From the NCBI GenBank assembly GCA_964022095.1, contig CAXHZO010000002.1:128001-192000 (forward strand): a DNA stretch of 64,000 nucleotides, read 5' to 3'. Shown piece after piece: positions 63,487-64,000 of the stretch. Each line of letters starts with the position of its first letter. Position 1 is the first letter of the stretch. The position numbers were made by a program, and so were the translations under genes. This stretch comes from an uncultured Arcobacteraceae bacterium. GTDB taxonomy: Bacteria; Campylobacterota; Campylobacteria; Campylobacterales; Arcobacteraceae. The notes beneath the pieces were generated by a model. That model searched no databases and had not been told where the DNA came from. It saw only the letters and a list, made by a program, of their open reading frames with translations.

Positions 63487-64000
63487 ATGAATGATTTAAC
63501 CAAAAAAGAAGAACAAAAGTTATTTAAACAAAGACTTCAAAGAGTTCATGTAGCTGTAGGTATTAGCTTTTCTTATTTTATGTATATTGCTGTTTTCTTC
63601 GGTATTTTTGCAATATTGTTACCTTATATTCAAGTGTGGGAAAAACCATCAAGACATTTTCAAACAGCTGATGTAACAAAAATTGATTATGGTGCTATGA
63701 TTGACCCTGTTTTAAAAGACCCCACTTATCCTACTGTAAATGGAGTAACTATAGTCTTACCAGGTTATATGGAAGATCCAGCATTAAAGATAAAAGCAGA
63801 ATTTACCAAAGATAGGATATTTAATCCAAATACTTTAGAAGAAGTAAAAAATGAAGACAAAGCCTCTCAATTAGCATTTTTTTTAAATTCTATGCACTAT
63901 GGAAGGCCTTTCAAAACTTTTGGATATATTTTATTTGGATTAACAGCAGTTGCTGTAATGTTTTTAGTTATAGGTGGAGTGATTTTAACTTTAAAAATTA
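63487..64000 (+). CDS. PepSY-associated TM helix domain protein (partial, runs off the window)
   Basis: MNDLTKK...RLQRVHVAVGI...WEKP...SMHYG open to the window end; not in the ORF track. Confidence 0.8.
   Translation, partial: MNDLTKKEEQKLFKQRLQRVHVAVGISFSYFMYIAVFFGIFAILLPYIQVWEKPSRHFQTADVTKIDYGAMIDPVLKDPTYPTVNGVTIVLPGYMEDPALKIKAEFTKDRIFNPNTLEEVKNEDKASQLAFFLNSMHYGRPFKTFGYILFGLTAVAVMFLVIGGVILTLKI

Noticed and set aside
51000-63503. Short antisense or alternate-frame ORFs in the ABC/nnrS and receptor genes, and 63195-63503 (-)
   Set aside because: Shadow ORFs; the + strand 63178-63483 has an RBS and operon context

Overview
AT-rich chromosomal segment whose gene content (monomeric Icd, TTG starts, many OmpR-type two-component systems and TonB receptors) fits an Arcobacteraceae/Campylobacterota genome; the taxon is inferred. 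From left to right: housekeeping genes (icd, mltG, AsmA/YhdP-like, lolC/E, secA, lolA, rnpB), then a PAS + NIT-domain chemoreceptor pair, transporters and regulators, a DUF1104-TCS-cytochrome c operon and a minimal flagellin-like gene. Next comes a putative light/photo-oxidative stress block: DUF523-DUF1722, photolyase, a CrtD-like oxidoreductase, a LytS/LytTR pair, SRPBCC and hemH. It is followed by a Tat-exported IorAB-type molybdoenzyme cluster, a DEAD-box helicase, tonB-exbBD, a TolC-MacAB pump, an NnrS/ABC/TonB-receptor operon with a Crp/Fnr regulator, and an iron-uptake region with Fur-type boxes. Strongest unannotated signals: (1) an identical promoter architecture TATAAACTG-N10-CCTAC-N20-TAAAAT before both the photolyase operon and SRPBCC-hemH, pointing to a LytTR-controlled light-stress regulon; (2) a 35-bp, 1-mismatch promoter element shared by the chemoreceptor operon and an HTH gene; (3) an apparent ATC start codon for the DEAD-box helicase; (4) a Fur + Crp/Fnr dual-input NnrS uptake operon; (5) a core-less IS1595-like protein. 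No CRISPR, tRNA, rRNA or intact IS was seen.
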